Shown here piece after piece: positions 22,387 to 35,000 of a stretch of 64,000 nucleotides of DNA. The DNA is taken from NCBI GenBank assembly GCA_965178125.1, contig OZ237758.1, forward strand, positions 434,001 through 498,000, given 5' to 3'. Made by a program: the position numbers and the translations under genes. The stretch's first letter is position 1, and each line of letters begins with the position of its first letter. Source of the stretch: Bilabrum cf. latius. Lineage: Eukaryota. Below the pieces are notes generated by a model. That model worked only from the letters and a program-made list of their open reading frames with translations, was not told the DNA's origin and searched no databases.

Positions 22387-25300
22387 ATGGGCTGGTTGTA
22401 TCGATTTTGTACACCCTCTCATGCGGCGCCTACATTAAGAACCGCCGCTATAGCTGCTGCTCTCGCGGTTGCAGTGAGCGCCTCTGCGTCTTCTGATGCT
22501 CACTTCAGAATTACCGGACAGTACCAAGCGTATGGGTCTCAATACTTTGGTACAGAGGTTATTGAACTTTCCTCGGATTTTGAGCTCCGCCAGGCGACTC
22601 GCGTGGTGGCAGTGTCTGACAGCGCGTACCGAATTACGAGACAATCTGGTCTGGTCACGCACGCCGGAGCCCTCCACATGATGTGGATCAACGAAATTCT
22701 CTTGTCCAATGGAACTAGATTGAGCAGTGTTACGGAGACGGCAGTGATTACGGACGGGATTGGGCTCCCGGAGGGAACGCTGCAGAACGGCGACTATTTT
22801 GGAGTCGAGCTGGCCTAGCTGCCAGATCTCGACGGAGACGGGGCTGTCCGGGAGATTGCAGTCAGTTCGATGCACTGGGGTCCCAACAACCGTGACTATG
22901 GAGCAGTGTTTGTATTTTTTCTCAGCCCGAACGCCTCCGTGGTGAGCGTCACTATCCTTTCGCATTCCATGAACGGAGCTCCTCCCTTGAACCAACGAGA
23001 TGCTTTTGGTCGTGGTGTCTCGGCAATCGGGCCCGACACTATCGCTGTTAGCGCCATAGGCGACGATACTGCCGGCTTTGGATCAGGGGCACTATACGTG
23101 CTTCGCCTCAACTCGGACGGCAGCTGTCGAGAGTACAAAAAGTTTACTGACGGCAGCAATGGCCTCCCCGTAGGTACCTTCCAGCAGTATGATTTTTGGG
23201 GCGTTTCCGTCCAGGCAGTGGGGGACCTGAATGGGGACGGGAACGACACAGAGCTGATCGTGTGTGCTGCGCTGGACCAGACTGGAGGCAGCAGCAAGGG
23301 CGCCTGCCTTGTTCTGGAGTTCTCGCCGGACTTCGACAGCGCGCGCGTCATGTCGAAGATTGCCGACGGGCGCGGGGGCATTGATGCTGGTGCTCTGAAG
23401 GGCTTCAACTTCGGGATGAGCGTTTCGTGGACCGATATCGATGGTGATGGCAGCCACCGCGACCTCATCGTCGCCGGGGCCCCGTACAACCAGCAGACAG
23501 CCATTTACGCAATGCGTTTGTCGAGCGGCGGTGAAGCGACGTCGTTCCGCAGGCTGAGAACATACGACTACATCCCTGCGTTTGGGCGTTCCAGTTCTTT
23601 GGACACTACCGACGAAGTCTTCGCCGATCAGTACGACTACTATGGAGACGGGCTAGCCTCCATTTCGCCTGTGTCCAATCCTTTCGGGCCCACTGACCTG
23701 GTCGTCGGCGCCCCAGGTTATGTGAATTGGAATCTCGGCAGGGACATGGGGTGGAGCACGTGGCAGCGGGGGCTGGTTGCATTCTTTAACATGAACGGTG
23801 CAGCTAGGGTGAGCGCGCTAGATGCCCAGCAAGGCGTGTGTGAGGCAGGCGGTTCATCGGCTTTTGCAGCTGGAGTGGTTCCCGAAATCCGCGCGGTCTT
23901 AGTTGTGACTGGTGCTTCGTCGACCGCCACTAGTCAGAGTGGGCATGAAAACGACGACGATGACGACGACGACGACGACGACTTAGACAGTAGTGATGAC
24001 GATGGATACGACAGCCCTGCCGCTGTGCACAGCGCACATGCCAGGCTAAAGCAAGGGGGTGGGACGAGGGTGGTTCTGGACGTGCGGGTGCCGACGGCCT
24101 GGCGAGTGAAACTTCTTACTGTCGAGCGGATAAGCCGCGGCCTTCCGCTAGCAGACAATGATGAAGATCCCCGCACAATGTTTGCGTTCACGAGGTCCGA
24201 CTCAACCAGCTCCGCCGTCAGCTGCACACGTCTGCGGCAGCGTAGGTCATCCTGTGGTGCCGTTGTAAGTTGCAGGTCTGGCCCGGGCCTGGGCCAGGTG
24301 GAAGCATACGTGGCCTACGACTCTGCACAGCGACGTACCAATGGCAGCCCGACCGTGTCGGAGCGCTCCAGTTTCTTGTTGCGATACGATGATCCGGTCG
24401 TCTAGACCCTATCCGTATTTCCTTAGGCCCAGTTCGTCCCGAGGGCTGGCGGCCTTGGGCTCGCCGTGCAGGGCGTGAACCTCTTCGATCTCAACGACTT
24501 CGCATGGAACTCGTCTACTGCTCCTGACCCTGCAACGTTTGGAAGTGGGCTGCCGCTAGGTTCGCGAATGTTTATAGGGCCGTACGAGTGCCCGCAGGCC
24601 TAGATCAGAAGGAGCTTCGGCGGACGTCTCCTGAATTGCATGCAGCTTCCTGCAGGGTATGGTGGCCCTCACCCCGTGCGTTTTGAGCTGCCCGGTAGCC
24701 TGATCGTTCAAGCTGAAAATCCATCAACCTTCCTCACCTATGAGCCCGCTCGTATCGAGTCTATGACGCCCTCGCTTGTGTACTTGGACCCGAATCCGGC
24801 CGCAAGACAGCTCTTTCAGATCAGAGGCCGCCTTATCGGAGACTCCTCGGTCATTACATCGGTACAGGTTGGAGGTTTGGAGTGTCGCAATGTTTCGATT
24901 CATCTCGATGGTCTGGGTCTCAACTGCACCGCTGGGTTGAGCGGGTACGTAAACAACAATGTTGAGATTATCCATGGAGGTGTACGGAGCCAAGGCGGCG
25001 CTGACTTGCTCGAGTACACCGTGCCACCAAGGATTGCAGGCGCAACTCCTGCCGAGATTCCGGTCGCAGGTGGGGTCAACGTGAGCTTTTTCGGATACAT
25101 AGGCTCGTCTCAATCGCAAATCGGAGAGGTTTTTATTGGAGACAGGCCTTGCCTGCAGTGGACTGTCTAGAGCGAGGTTGTGCTGGAGTGTTTGGCCCCT
25201 CCAGGCACTGGGAGCGCCCTGAAGGCCTCTATCCTCTCTCCAGCGGGGGTGCGAACATTCAGTGCGTTCCCACTCGTCTCCTATGAGGCTCCTGAGCTGG

Positions 25301-28300
25301 ACAACGTGCATCCTAGTGACCTTCTATCGAACCCTACAGCTCGGTATAACTTTTTGCTGACTGGAAGCAACTTCGGTGCCGTGCAGTCGGACGTAGTCGA
25401 GGCAGTAGTGGGGGGCGTGAGGTGTCCAAATCCTATCCTGGAAAACACTTCTGCTATTAGATGCAATGGAATCGGTCCCCCGTGGATTTCGAATGGTGCA
25501 CGGGTCACCATTGCCGACTAGTCTGGGACTTTGGCGGATGCTGTGAGCTACCAGCCCCAGCCAAGGGTAACCGGTGTGGCTCCACTGTTGCTGCCCACGA
25601 GCGGAAGAGAACCGTCGGGTGCGTCACCTGTTACCATGACTTTGAGTGGGGAGGGCTTTGGTCTTGCAGCGAACGACGTGACTAATGTGACAGTAGGCGG
25701 TAAACCGTGCCTGTCAGTGGGTCATGTCTCCTCGTTTGAACTGAGGTGCGAGGTGCCCCCAGGCATCGGAACGGGCAAACAGGTTGTTGTGTTTACGCGA
25801 GAGAACGGTAACAGCAGTAGTACGGTCGCGTCTGCTGCGGATGCTTCGCTATCAACGGTGTCATACCGAGCGCCAGAAATTCGAGCCCTCAGGATTCGGA
25901 CCTGGGGCCCGTACTCACCCGGTAGCAACGTATCGGTTGGCGACCAAAGCCCCACTGTCGGGCGTCCACTGCAGTCGTACGTTCTAGGGGGCGAGCGCAA
26001 CGTTTCAATTGAACTGCGGGTGAGCAACGCCGGGTCAAGCCTGGGTGATCTGGTGGGGTTGGGCTTCCTCATCGATGATGACGACGACGAGAGGCGTGGA
26101 TGGGGGTGTGAAGGCGGGTATGTTGCATCTGAAGCATGTACCGCGGGTCATTGCGAACTGGAGACGATCGTTTGCCCCAGCCTTGACTTCACCGGCGTCA
26201 GCGAAGCGGGCGTACTCCGAGCGTCCTTCGCGGTTGGGGGGCAGCCTGCCAGCTCGATCGTCACACCGAACCCTGCTTCCTCAGATGGGAACGCATTCCC
26301 GCTTTCGGTAGAGGTCGTAGGCGAGCCCTCTGTATCCGTCGTTACACCGAGTGAATTTCCTACTCTCGGGTCGGATGCCCCATCGTTTGCGGAGTTGGAC
26401 GCAGAAGCGGGCACATGGCCAACTACGGCTCGCATCGTTGGCCTAAATTTCGGGTACGCTGCCCATGATGTCACGAACGTCACCGTAGGTGGAACTCCTG
26501 TCACCGGTGCAGAGTGGGTGTCACCGACTGAGATCATTGTGAGGGTTCCACCGGGAGTGGGTGGTCGGCAGGCCGTGGTAGTCACGACCGCAGGCGGCCT
26601 GCAGTCGAATGCTGACGGGGCGAGCCTCTCCTACAGCCGCCCCGAGATCATCAGCATCAGTCCGGCATATGTGTTTGCTGGTCGAGGCACCCAAACCATA
26701 CGCATCGAAGGGCGGCACTTCGGTAACGCAGCGGGCGATCTCGATGAAGTCTCCTTGGTGGCGCCAGGAATGGACGGTGACCTTGAGCTCGGTTGCGCAT
26801 CATCACGCTGGATCAATCCGTTCGCTTTCGATTGTACAATTGGGGCACTAGACCTGCTCGATATTCAAGCGCTCGGAATCAGTGGTGTAGAAGCAGCCAG
26901 GCTGCGATCGGGCAACTAGAGCTCGAGCTCGAGCCCGGGGCCCACTGAGGCAAGGACTGGGAGCCCTGGCCAGCAGTCGGTTGCCGTCGCAGTTACGACG
27001 CGGGTAGGAGGGCAGTCATCGGATCTGTCTGCCTCTACCCCAACGCTCCTTGTGCTGGGCAAGCCATCCGTGTCGCTCGTGTCACCAAGTGTCATGGAAA
27101 CTTCCGGGTCGGAAGGCACAACCACGCCAGTGCAGATCATCGGTGCGGGATTCGGCGTCGTGGCGACCGACGTGCACAGCATCACTATAGGCGGCAAGAC
27201 GTGTAGACACGTGCAATTCGTAAGCGGTGGGGAGCTTCGCGTGAGCATGCCCCCTGGTGCCGGCAAGGATCTAGCAGTAGTGGTCAGGACAAGAGGTGGC
27301 CTTGCGTCTGAGACGACCCTGCAATCACGCATTAGCTACAGTCCCCCAACTGTGGACGCTGTTACTCCAACTCACCTATTCGCGGCGAACCGCTCCGTGC
27401 TGACAACTGTACGTGTAGTTGGCAGCAACTTCGGGCCCTCTGGAACTGTTGATGTCATGGCTGGCGCGATGCTCGATCAAGTCACCTGCAACACCACGCT
27501 GCAGAATCACACTTTCTTGGAGTGCACAGTGAACGCAAAGGATTTTGACAGGTATCCAGAGTTGTTTTCTTCGAGCGATGGGGCATCCAGCGGTCGATTG
27601 TCCATGGTATCACCAGTGTCTGCACGCATCGCCGTGGTAGTACGCGTGGCACAGCAGGAGACTACTTCTGCGGCGGGTCCTACCAACAGTCTCGAGGTGG
27701 TAGGACGCCCGCAAGTCAACCTCATCAACCCCCGAGTAATCCCAACGGGCGGTTCGCAAGCTTTAAATGGCGCAACCGGCGTGGCCAATGTGGTAGTGCT
27801 GGGGAACGGTTTTGGCACCGGACCTGGTGACGTGCTTGATGTGACCGTCGGCGGCAAGCCATGCTCTTCCGTGATCTGGGTCAGTGGAACTGAGCTACGC
27901 GTTACCGTACCACCAGGCGTGGGAAAGTTGCAGGCAATGTAGGTTCGCACTCGTGGGGGGCTCACTAGCCTGTCCACAAACGAAGGCAGCTTTGTGCAGT
28001 ACCGCCAGTCCATCGTGACGTCCATTACACCCACGTATTCTATGACAGGCGACCTGCAGTCTTCTTTCTCGATTCGAGGCACGGACTTTGGCAACCGTCC
28101 GCAGGATGTTGAAAGTGTGTTTGTTGGAGGGCAGTTGTGCGGGCAAATTGAGTGGATATCTTCGACAGCCATCAACTGCAGCGGCGTGGACGCCCGTCAG
28201 TGGTCCGGGTCGAGCGTAGTAGCTGTCGTTGGTGGACAGGAAGGCAGCCAAAACACCCTTTTTGAAGCTGTAGGCGCCCCCATCGTCGATGTGGTGTCAC

Positions 28301-31300
28301 CATCTCTGTTTTCTGCCGGTGATAGCATCGTTTTGCTCGGTCAGCGTTTTGGATACGCCCCTACCGACGTGAGTGGGGTCTCTGTGGCCGGGCGGCCCTG
28401 CACAACGTTTGAGTTGCTCGGACCCACGGCCATCCGATGCATCGCTCCAGCGGCCCCTCCGAACCTGGAGGCTCAAGCTACGGAAAGACCCGAAGTTCTG
28501 CGCAATCTACCGCTAGTTGTCACCACTGCAGGGGGTCAACAATCAGCCGACTACCCCGTGTCTTACGCCGGCTCTGGAGTTGCACCGTTAGAAGCTCCCC
28601 AGGATTTGCTGGCGTACCGACCTGTGGGGAGCGCGCAGCGACTCATGCTCAGGTGGTCTTTTCCGGTGGAAGACCCAACAGATGCCGTGGAGCCCATTCG
28701 TTCCTTTGAGATCCTGGTCGTGACGGCCCGTGAGTCTGGCGAAGAGGTGATGGAGGCCAGCGAGGAGCAACAGCAATCGCAAGTCATCTCAGTCCGCTCC
28801 GACGGGGTCGATGAGATAGTGGATACACGCGATGGAGCGTAGGTGTACCGGCACACAGTATTTGCATTTACGACCGCTCCAGTATTCATTCGAGTCCGCG
28901 CCTCGAACTCAGTCGGGCCCGGGCCGTACAGTGATTTGGCTGAAGGCCCTCTGGCAGTCGGCATTCCCAAGGAGATCGATAGTACGATTGTCGTGGCAAC
29001 TGTGGACAGCGAAGGGCAACCTATCGCTCCTATCAGCGCTGCTGTATCATAGTACAACGCTGTTCGGGCGACGTGCAAAGAAAGCCAGTACCTAGGAAGC
29101 CATTTGCCTATCGATTTGCAGAGGTGCATGGAGTGTCCGCGTGCGGCCTATTGCGGAGGAAGCGGGGCCAACAATGTCACAGCTAGAGATGGGTTTTGGC
29201 GCGTGCCGTGGAGTAAGGGCGGCCTGGGCTTCAGTCGGTGCTACTTTCCACCCGCATGCCTTGGGTACGAAACATTTCGGGAGCCCTCCTACTCTGGCAC
29301 AGGATTTGCGAGACGGAGGCGCTCCCTCCAAGCTTAGACGCCGGGGCAGTTATCGGCTGCTGAGGACTACCTTCCCGATGCCACGACGAGCTCTCAGTCG
29401 CAGGCACTGAGTATGGAGCTCGCGCGGGACTAGCCGCCCACAGCAGTGCCTGAAGACAACCTCGGGGACCCACTATCGCACGAGCAGTGCGCAGAAGGAT
29501 ACACGGGCGTACTGTGCTCGGCGTGCTCGCCCGGTTTCGCGAGGTGGGGCAATCACGAGTGCAGGAAGTGCAAGTCGGCCAGGATGCTCGCGGCTGCACT
29601 CGTAGGCATATTCCTATTCATCTTTCTCGTAGTGGGCTGGCTCGTGATCAATGCCCTCCGGATTAACAGCAACCCCAATGGGCAGCGCATCGAGACGGCG
29701 ATACTAAAGATTATGTTCAATCATGCGCAGACCGTCAGTATTGCCGCGTCACTTGACCTGCGCTGGCCTGACAGCTCCATGTAGCTCTTCTCAGCAATGC
29801 AAACTGGCGGGTTTTCGTCCAGTTACGTGCTAAGCCTCGATTGCATGATAGAGGTGCCTGAAGATGATGTTGCTGGCATATCGGTGGGCAACCGCACGAT
29901 TCGATTCCAGGAGGAGTCTATGGGAGTGGGGCTGGAGGTGCCATACCAGTCCATGTTCCTTGCACGCTCACTTGTCATTCTCTGCATCCCGATTGCTCTG
30001 CTCGGCTTTGCAGCACTGTTTTGGTTTTGCTTTGCTCCAGTCGTAAAATGTTGCATGTGCTGCTGCCCGAAAACTTCGGAGGATGATGCGGTGCAAAGCG
30101 AGGCGACAGTCGAGGTTCAACGCACGCTGCGTCGTCTCAGTACGGAGTCGCCTGCAAACACACCAATCGACTCCTCTCTCAACACGCCGCGATCAAAGCC
30201 AAAGCCGGGCAAGGACCTGCTAGCTGCAACAGCTGCCAAGTACTCGCAACACAAGCGTAGCTTCTCGCAAGAAGGCCCAGTTGTCAGGCGGCAAAGCTCC
30301 GATGGCGGTTCGCAAGGCATGTCTCGCCGGCGAAGCAGCTTTGCTGTGATGCGGGAGCACTTTTCGTTGAGTGCTCGATTTGTGGGGGCAGATTTGACGG
30401 TGTGGCACAAGGTGATGGTCACGTCGCTCATCATCTTGTTTCTTGGGCACATGTCAGTGACGTAGACCAGCCTCGGTCTTCTCACCTGCACGAACGTGAA
30501 AGCAGAGACCGAGGCAGGAGTTCCTGAGGGAATGGATCCGGACAGCCTCGCAGTCGAGGACGTCACGGCGGTCGAGTGGCACGAACTGGATCCGGGATGT
30601 CCCGCTAGTCACCCCGACCGGCGGCTGTTGGGCGACCTTAACGTATGCTGCCACGACCCGCGGGCCCTTGCCTATATGATTGGTCTAGGCCTCCCCGGCA
30701 TGGCCCTGTACGCCGTAGGGATCCCTGCCATCGCTGCGCTCGCCATATACTGGAAGAGGGATCAGCTGAATGACCCGGTCACCAGGGCAACCCTGGGGTT
30801 CCTCTATGCCGGCTACAGGGACGAGTCGTGGTTCTGGGAGAGCGTGGTCATGCTGAGGAAGGTCAGCATCGCAACCGTGGCTGTCTTCCTGGAGCCGCAG
30901 GGTGTTGCGGTGCAGACGTATGCGGCTCTGTTCATCATCTTTGCGCTGACAATCGTGCAGCTCAAGGTAGAGCCTTTCGATCCTGTCAAGGCACCCATTC
31001 TAAATCACATGGAGCTGGCGTCCCTGGTGGCCAGCTTCGTCACATTTGAGTGCGGTCTTTTCTTAGTGGACGATGAGGCGTCCTCAACCTACAAAACGCT
31101 AGCTTCTGTCGGGATTTTCGTTGCGAATCTCGGGTTTCTCGGCTGGGCAGTCAGCCGACTGGTGGCGGCTGCGTACCGCAACTGGCAATAGGGAAAGGCC
31201 GAGAGCGCAGCCGTCAAGCGAGGCAGTCTTCGCAATGTTATGAAAGGCGTAGAGCGTCTGCAGAAGCGCACCGAGCTGCAGCTGAAGGGCCAGACCCCGC

Positions 31301-31740
31301 CACCGATGCCGTCGGGCGGCCGGAGCCAAGGCACCAAGGGCCGTTAGATCCGTGTGCAAATAGGACGCGGGGCGGCGGGTGCTGTCGGTGGTGGCTCTGC
31401 AGCAGGGCACCAAGGGGGGCGCATTTAGCTGCACATTTCAGCAGATGGTGGGTTTACCGTATCAAACCCGCTGCAGGCCACTGCCAACTCGGCTGCCACC
31501 AACGGGATCGACATGCAGGCCCTACCCCCGGGCATGGGGCTTGCCCAAGGGGCGGCTGCGGAGCTAGAGACGGGAGCAGGGACCATGGAGGCCGCCCACC
31601 ACGTTGATGATGTGGGGGGGAAGGATCCGACCCCGTCAAACTACTCGTCCACTGACAGCGACAGCGACGGCAGCGTGGAGGCAAGCTCATTGCAGGATGG
31701 GGGTCTTGGGGCTTTAGATTACTACGCTGGGCGGACCTGA
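22387..31740 (+). CDS. Giant intronless cell-surface protein (3,117 aa): signal peptide, FG-GAP repeats, many IPT/TIG repeats, FN3-like domain, Cys-rich repeat, multi-pass TM C-terminal domain; 17 in-frame TAG
   Basis: Thirteen ORF-track pieces from 22387 to 31513 share a frame, are linked only by TAG and end in TGA at 31738-31740. Motifs: GDYFGVELA[TAG]LPDLDGDG and VGDLNGDG (FG-GAP); repeated GxxFG...VTVGG.PC...PPG.G...Y.PP (IPT/TIG); IRVRASNSVGPGPYS (FN3); CMECPRAAYCGG and CAEGYTGVLCSACSPG; KIMFNHAQT; LGFLYAGYRDESWFWESVVMLRK. Confidence 0.9.
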
Positions 31741-32043
31741 TGTCACGGGACAACCACAACAGACGGTTCTGTTTGCCTGTAATACTGAGCGTTGTTTGCA
31801 ATTATTCGCTTCACTGCCTTACGTCTGTCACGCCATTGTCTCTCCGAACCTTCGCATATCACGCGCGGCAACGCTACCGATTGCGGGAATCCCACGCATT
31901 ACAACCGGCAGCCGTTCGGAGACAAGCTGAAATTTAAGTGCATCTGATCCAAACAAGGATTGATATAAACAACAACGCTGCTTGGCTAGTGGCCACGATC
32001 CCCAAACTCGTGGAGCACGGTCCAACGCAGCCTGGCATGATGG

Positions 32044-32082
32044 TCCCGACCAGATCAAATCCCGATCAGATCAAATCCCGAC
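32044..32082. repeat. 16-nt tandem repeat (TCCCGAYCAGATCAAA x2.4) just 3' of the CCDC57-like stop
   Basis: tcccgaccagatcaaa tcccgatcagatcaaa tcccgac, read directly from the sequence. Confidence 0.75.
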
Positions 32083-32099
32083 TACCCTGAAGAGGCTGC

Positions 32100-35000
32100 T
32101 CAGTGCTGCTCGCCCCTCTCTCGTCTCCTAGCCACATCCACCCCGTAGTGCCGAATCCTCGAGCCGGAAGAACTGGCCTGCACCACTCCGGGGCGCACCT
32201 CCTCAACCCCTGCAGCCAGCGGCACGCGGTCCCCTACCCTCATCTGTCCCCTGGCGGAGCCGTGGCCGCTGCCGCGAGAACCATCAGATCTCGCCGAGGC
32301 TGGCTGGCCCTCCTCGAGCAACCCCTCTTGACCCCGATCCTTGCTTGAGCCACGCCTGCGGCTAGAATCATCGCCCCGACCTCGGCGATGCTACCTTGGC
32401 GGCTTGCCAGACTCAGCACCTGGCATGGCGACGCCACCGTGCAGTGCACTTGCAGCGGCCGCGGACTAGGACCGCCTCAGCTCTCGAGCAGATCCAGCGC
32501 CGCGGTCTTCGCGAACGGAACTGCTGCCTGGCTCGCCTGCCCTGCCCACCGTTGCCATGACGCTGTCGTTACCCGCCCTGAAGTCCTGCCTGCCGCCCGA
32601 GCTGCCTCCACGATCCGCCTGCCCATGGCTGCGCACGCTCTCCCTGGCGCTGCTTCGAGCGCTGCCGTGTCCCTGACCTTTGCTTTCTACCCTGGGGGAG
32701 CGGTCGGTGGAGCGGCACCCAAAGGTCGATCCACCTGCAGAAGAGGCGACAGACGAGGCAACTCTCCTCCCACGAACCTCCACGTCACCGTGCCTCCCGC
32801 TTCCACCCCCAGTTTGCTGCCGCCTGCTTCCATCGCGCGACCCGCTCCGCCGACTGCCGGCTCTATCCGCGTGCTCACTCTCCGCAATGTCCCCGTCGCG
32901 CGCGCTTAGCCTCTTGAACTCCCGCCGCATGCGTCTCTGCTGCTCCGACAGCCGGACCAGGGCCTCCTCCACTGCTGCAAGGCTGGTAGTTGCGGGATGT
33001 GGCGCGTCACTGACCTCTCTTCGGTCCTTGACTAGGTCCTTTGCTTCACTCTCTGGCTCACCCGCGGCATCGTGCTGCTGCTTGGACTCTTGCTGCGCCG
33101 TTGGTGCCTGCGGCAGCACAGGAGGATCGACGGCCTGCTTAGCAGGGTGCACTGCCGTGGCAGCGAGCTGTGCAGCGGGGTTGGTCTGCCTGCCTAGTTC
33201 CCAGTGCCTGGCCTGCCCCACCTGCTCCTGGAGCCTCCGGAGCTCTGCCCGCATTCGGTTGCCGCTGTCGATAAGCGCATCCCGTTCACGCGCCAGGCGC
33301 TGCAAGTCGTTCGTGGCGGCTGCAAGCGCTACCTGAAGGCCGCCAGCTGACTGCCTCGTGGGACTGAGTGCATCGTCCCCCTAAGCCACCACCGCACCGC
33401 CGCTCTTGCCGGCAGCGCCCGCCAAGCCCACATCACCCCGGCTGGGCGCCTCGGCAGCTTGCTAGGCAGCCCGCAGAGCCCGCTGCTCCTGGCCCCTGAG
33501 CCTTGACCTGAGCTGCTTGACGACCTTCTGCAGGAACTGGCCCGTTTCTCGCACGCACTGCAGCTCCTGCGTGGCTCCGCGCAGCATGGTCTGCAGCTGA
33601 CTGGGCTCTGCAGGAAGCTCACCGGCTTGAGCGGCAGCGAGCCCGCCTGACGCTGCCTGCTCCAGAGCAGCTACTCTGTCCCTCAACACATCCACCAGCT
33701 TGCTTGCCCTGTCCACCTGCTCCTCTGCCTCGGCGCTGGTCTGCTAAGCGGACGCCGCTGCTGCCCTGGCTGTGTCTACCGCGGCGCTAGCAGCATCAGC
33801 GGCCCGGGCATCGCTTGCATCTGCAGCGTTCGAGTTCTGCGCCTGCAGCTCCTCGATCTGCTGGCGCATATCGCGGATAACCTGGCGAAACCGATCGCAC
33901 TGCTGCTCGAGCTCTTGGCACCGACCGCGCAGAGCCTGCTGCTGCCGTCCATCAATGGAGGTCACCGGCGTCACTGCGCTCCCTGGGATGAAGCCAGCGC
34001 CAAACCCGCTGTCCTAGCCGCCTGCCGCAGCTCCCGGCCCCCCGCCATCGCGCACCGGCGACAGAACCACGCCACCGTCCAGTCCCGCTCCATTGTTCCC
34101 CGGAGTCTGGGGGTTGTACTCAAACCCGACAGGCTCTGGAGCATCTGCGGCCGCACCGGTGTCTGCCAATGGACCCGCAGCATATCCCTCAGTGGCCCCG
34201 CCCTGAGCCCTGCCGAACGCGGGCGTCTGCATCCCAGCCGGCATCGAGGGCAGCGGAGACACGGGCCCCTGGTCGTCCGTAAACGCGGGCGAGGATACCC
34301 GTTGCAGGCCGGTCGCATCGATGCCCGTCGCTGATGCCATAGCTACGCCTGCACCTTCATCCATGCCCAGCAGCTGCGGCCGCCCCATTCCTCCGATGGA
34401 GGCCATGCCGCCGGTGGCAGCAGCCAGCTTATCTGCCGCTCGCATTGCACCATCCCTTGCTCTTCGCACCGCTGCGGCCGCTTGCGCGTGCCTATCTGCC
34501 TCGGCGCGAGCCTCCTTGAGCGCTTTCTCGGCCTCTTCCGCTCGCTTCTTCAGGCCGCCCGCGAGCTCCTGTGCCTCCCTGACGAGCCTGCGCTGGTCGT
34601 TGAGCTCCTCCTTCATCTGCTCCCTGTCCTGCAATGCCTCTGCTCTCTTGGACCTCAAGTCATCGAGCTCCTATTCCATCCTCTGCGCGCGGTCTGCCGC
34701 CGCTTCCAGCTCTGCGTGTGCCTTGCGGGCGTTCGATGCCGCCTCGTCCCGCTGCCTGACTGCCAGCTGCAGCCCCTCCAACGCCTCTGCCGCAGACTGC
34801 CTCAGCTCTTCCGACTCGCCGTCGCTGGTTGCCTGCGCCCGCCTCGCCGAGGCAGCCTGTTCCTCCGCGCCTCGGGCCCTAGACTCTGCAGCCCTCAGCT
34901 GCTGGGTCAGGGTCTCAATCTCCTGGCCTCTGCTGCTGCCCACCTCCCGCGCCTCTGCCAAGGCCTGCTCCACGCCCCGCAGCTGGCCCACCATGCCCTC

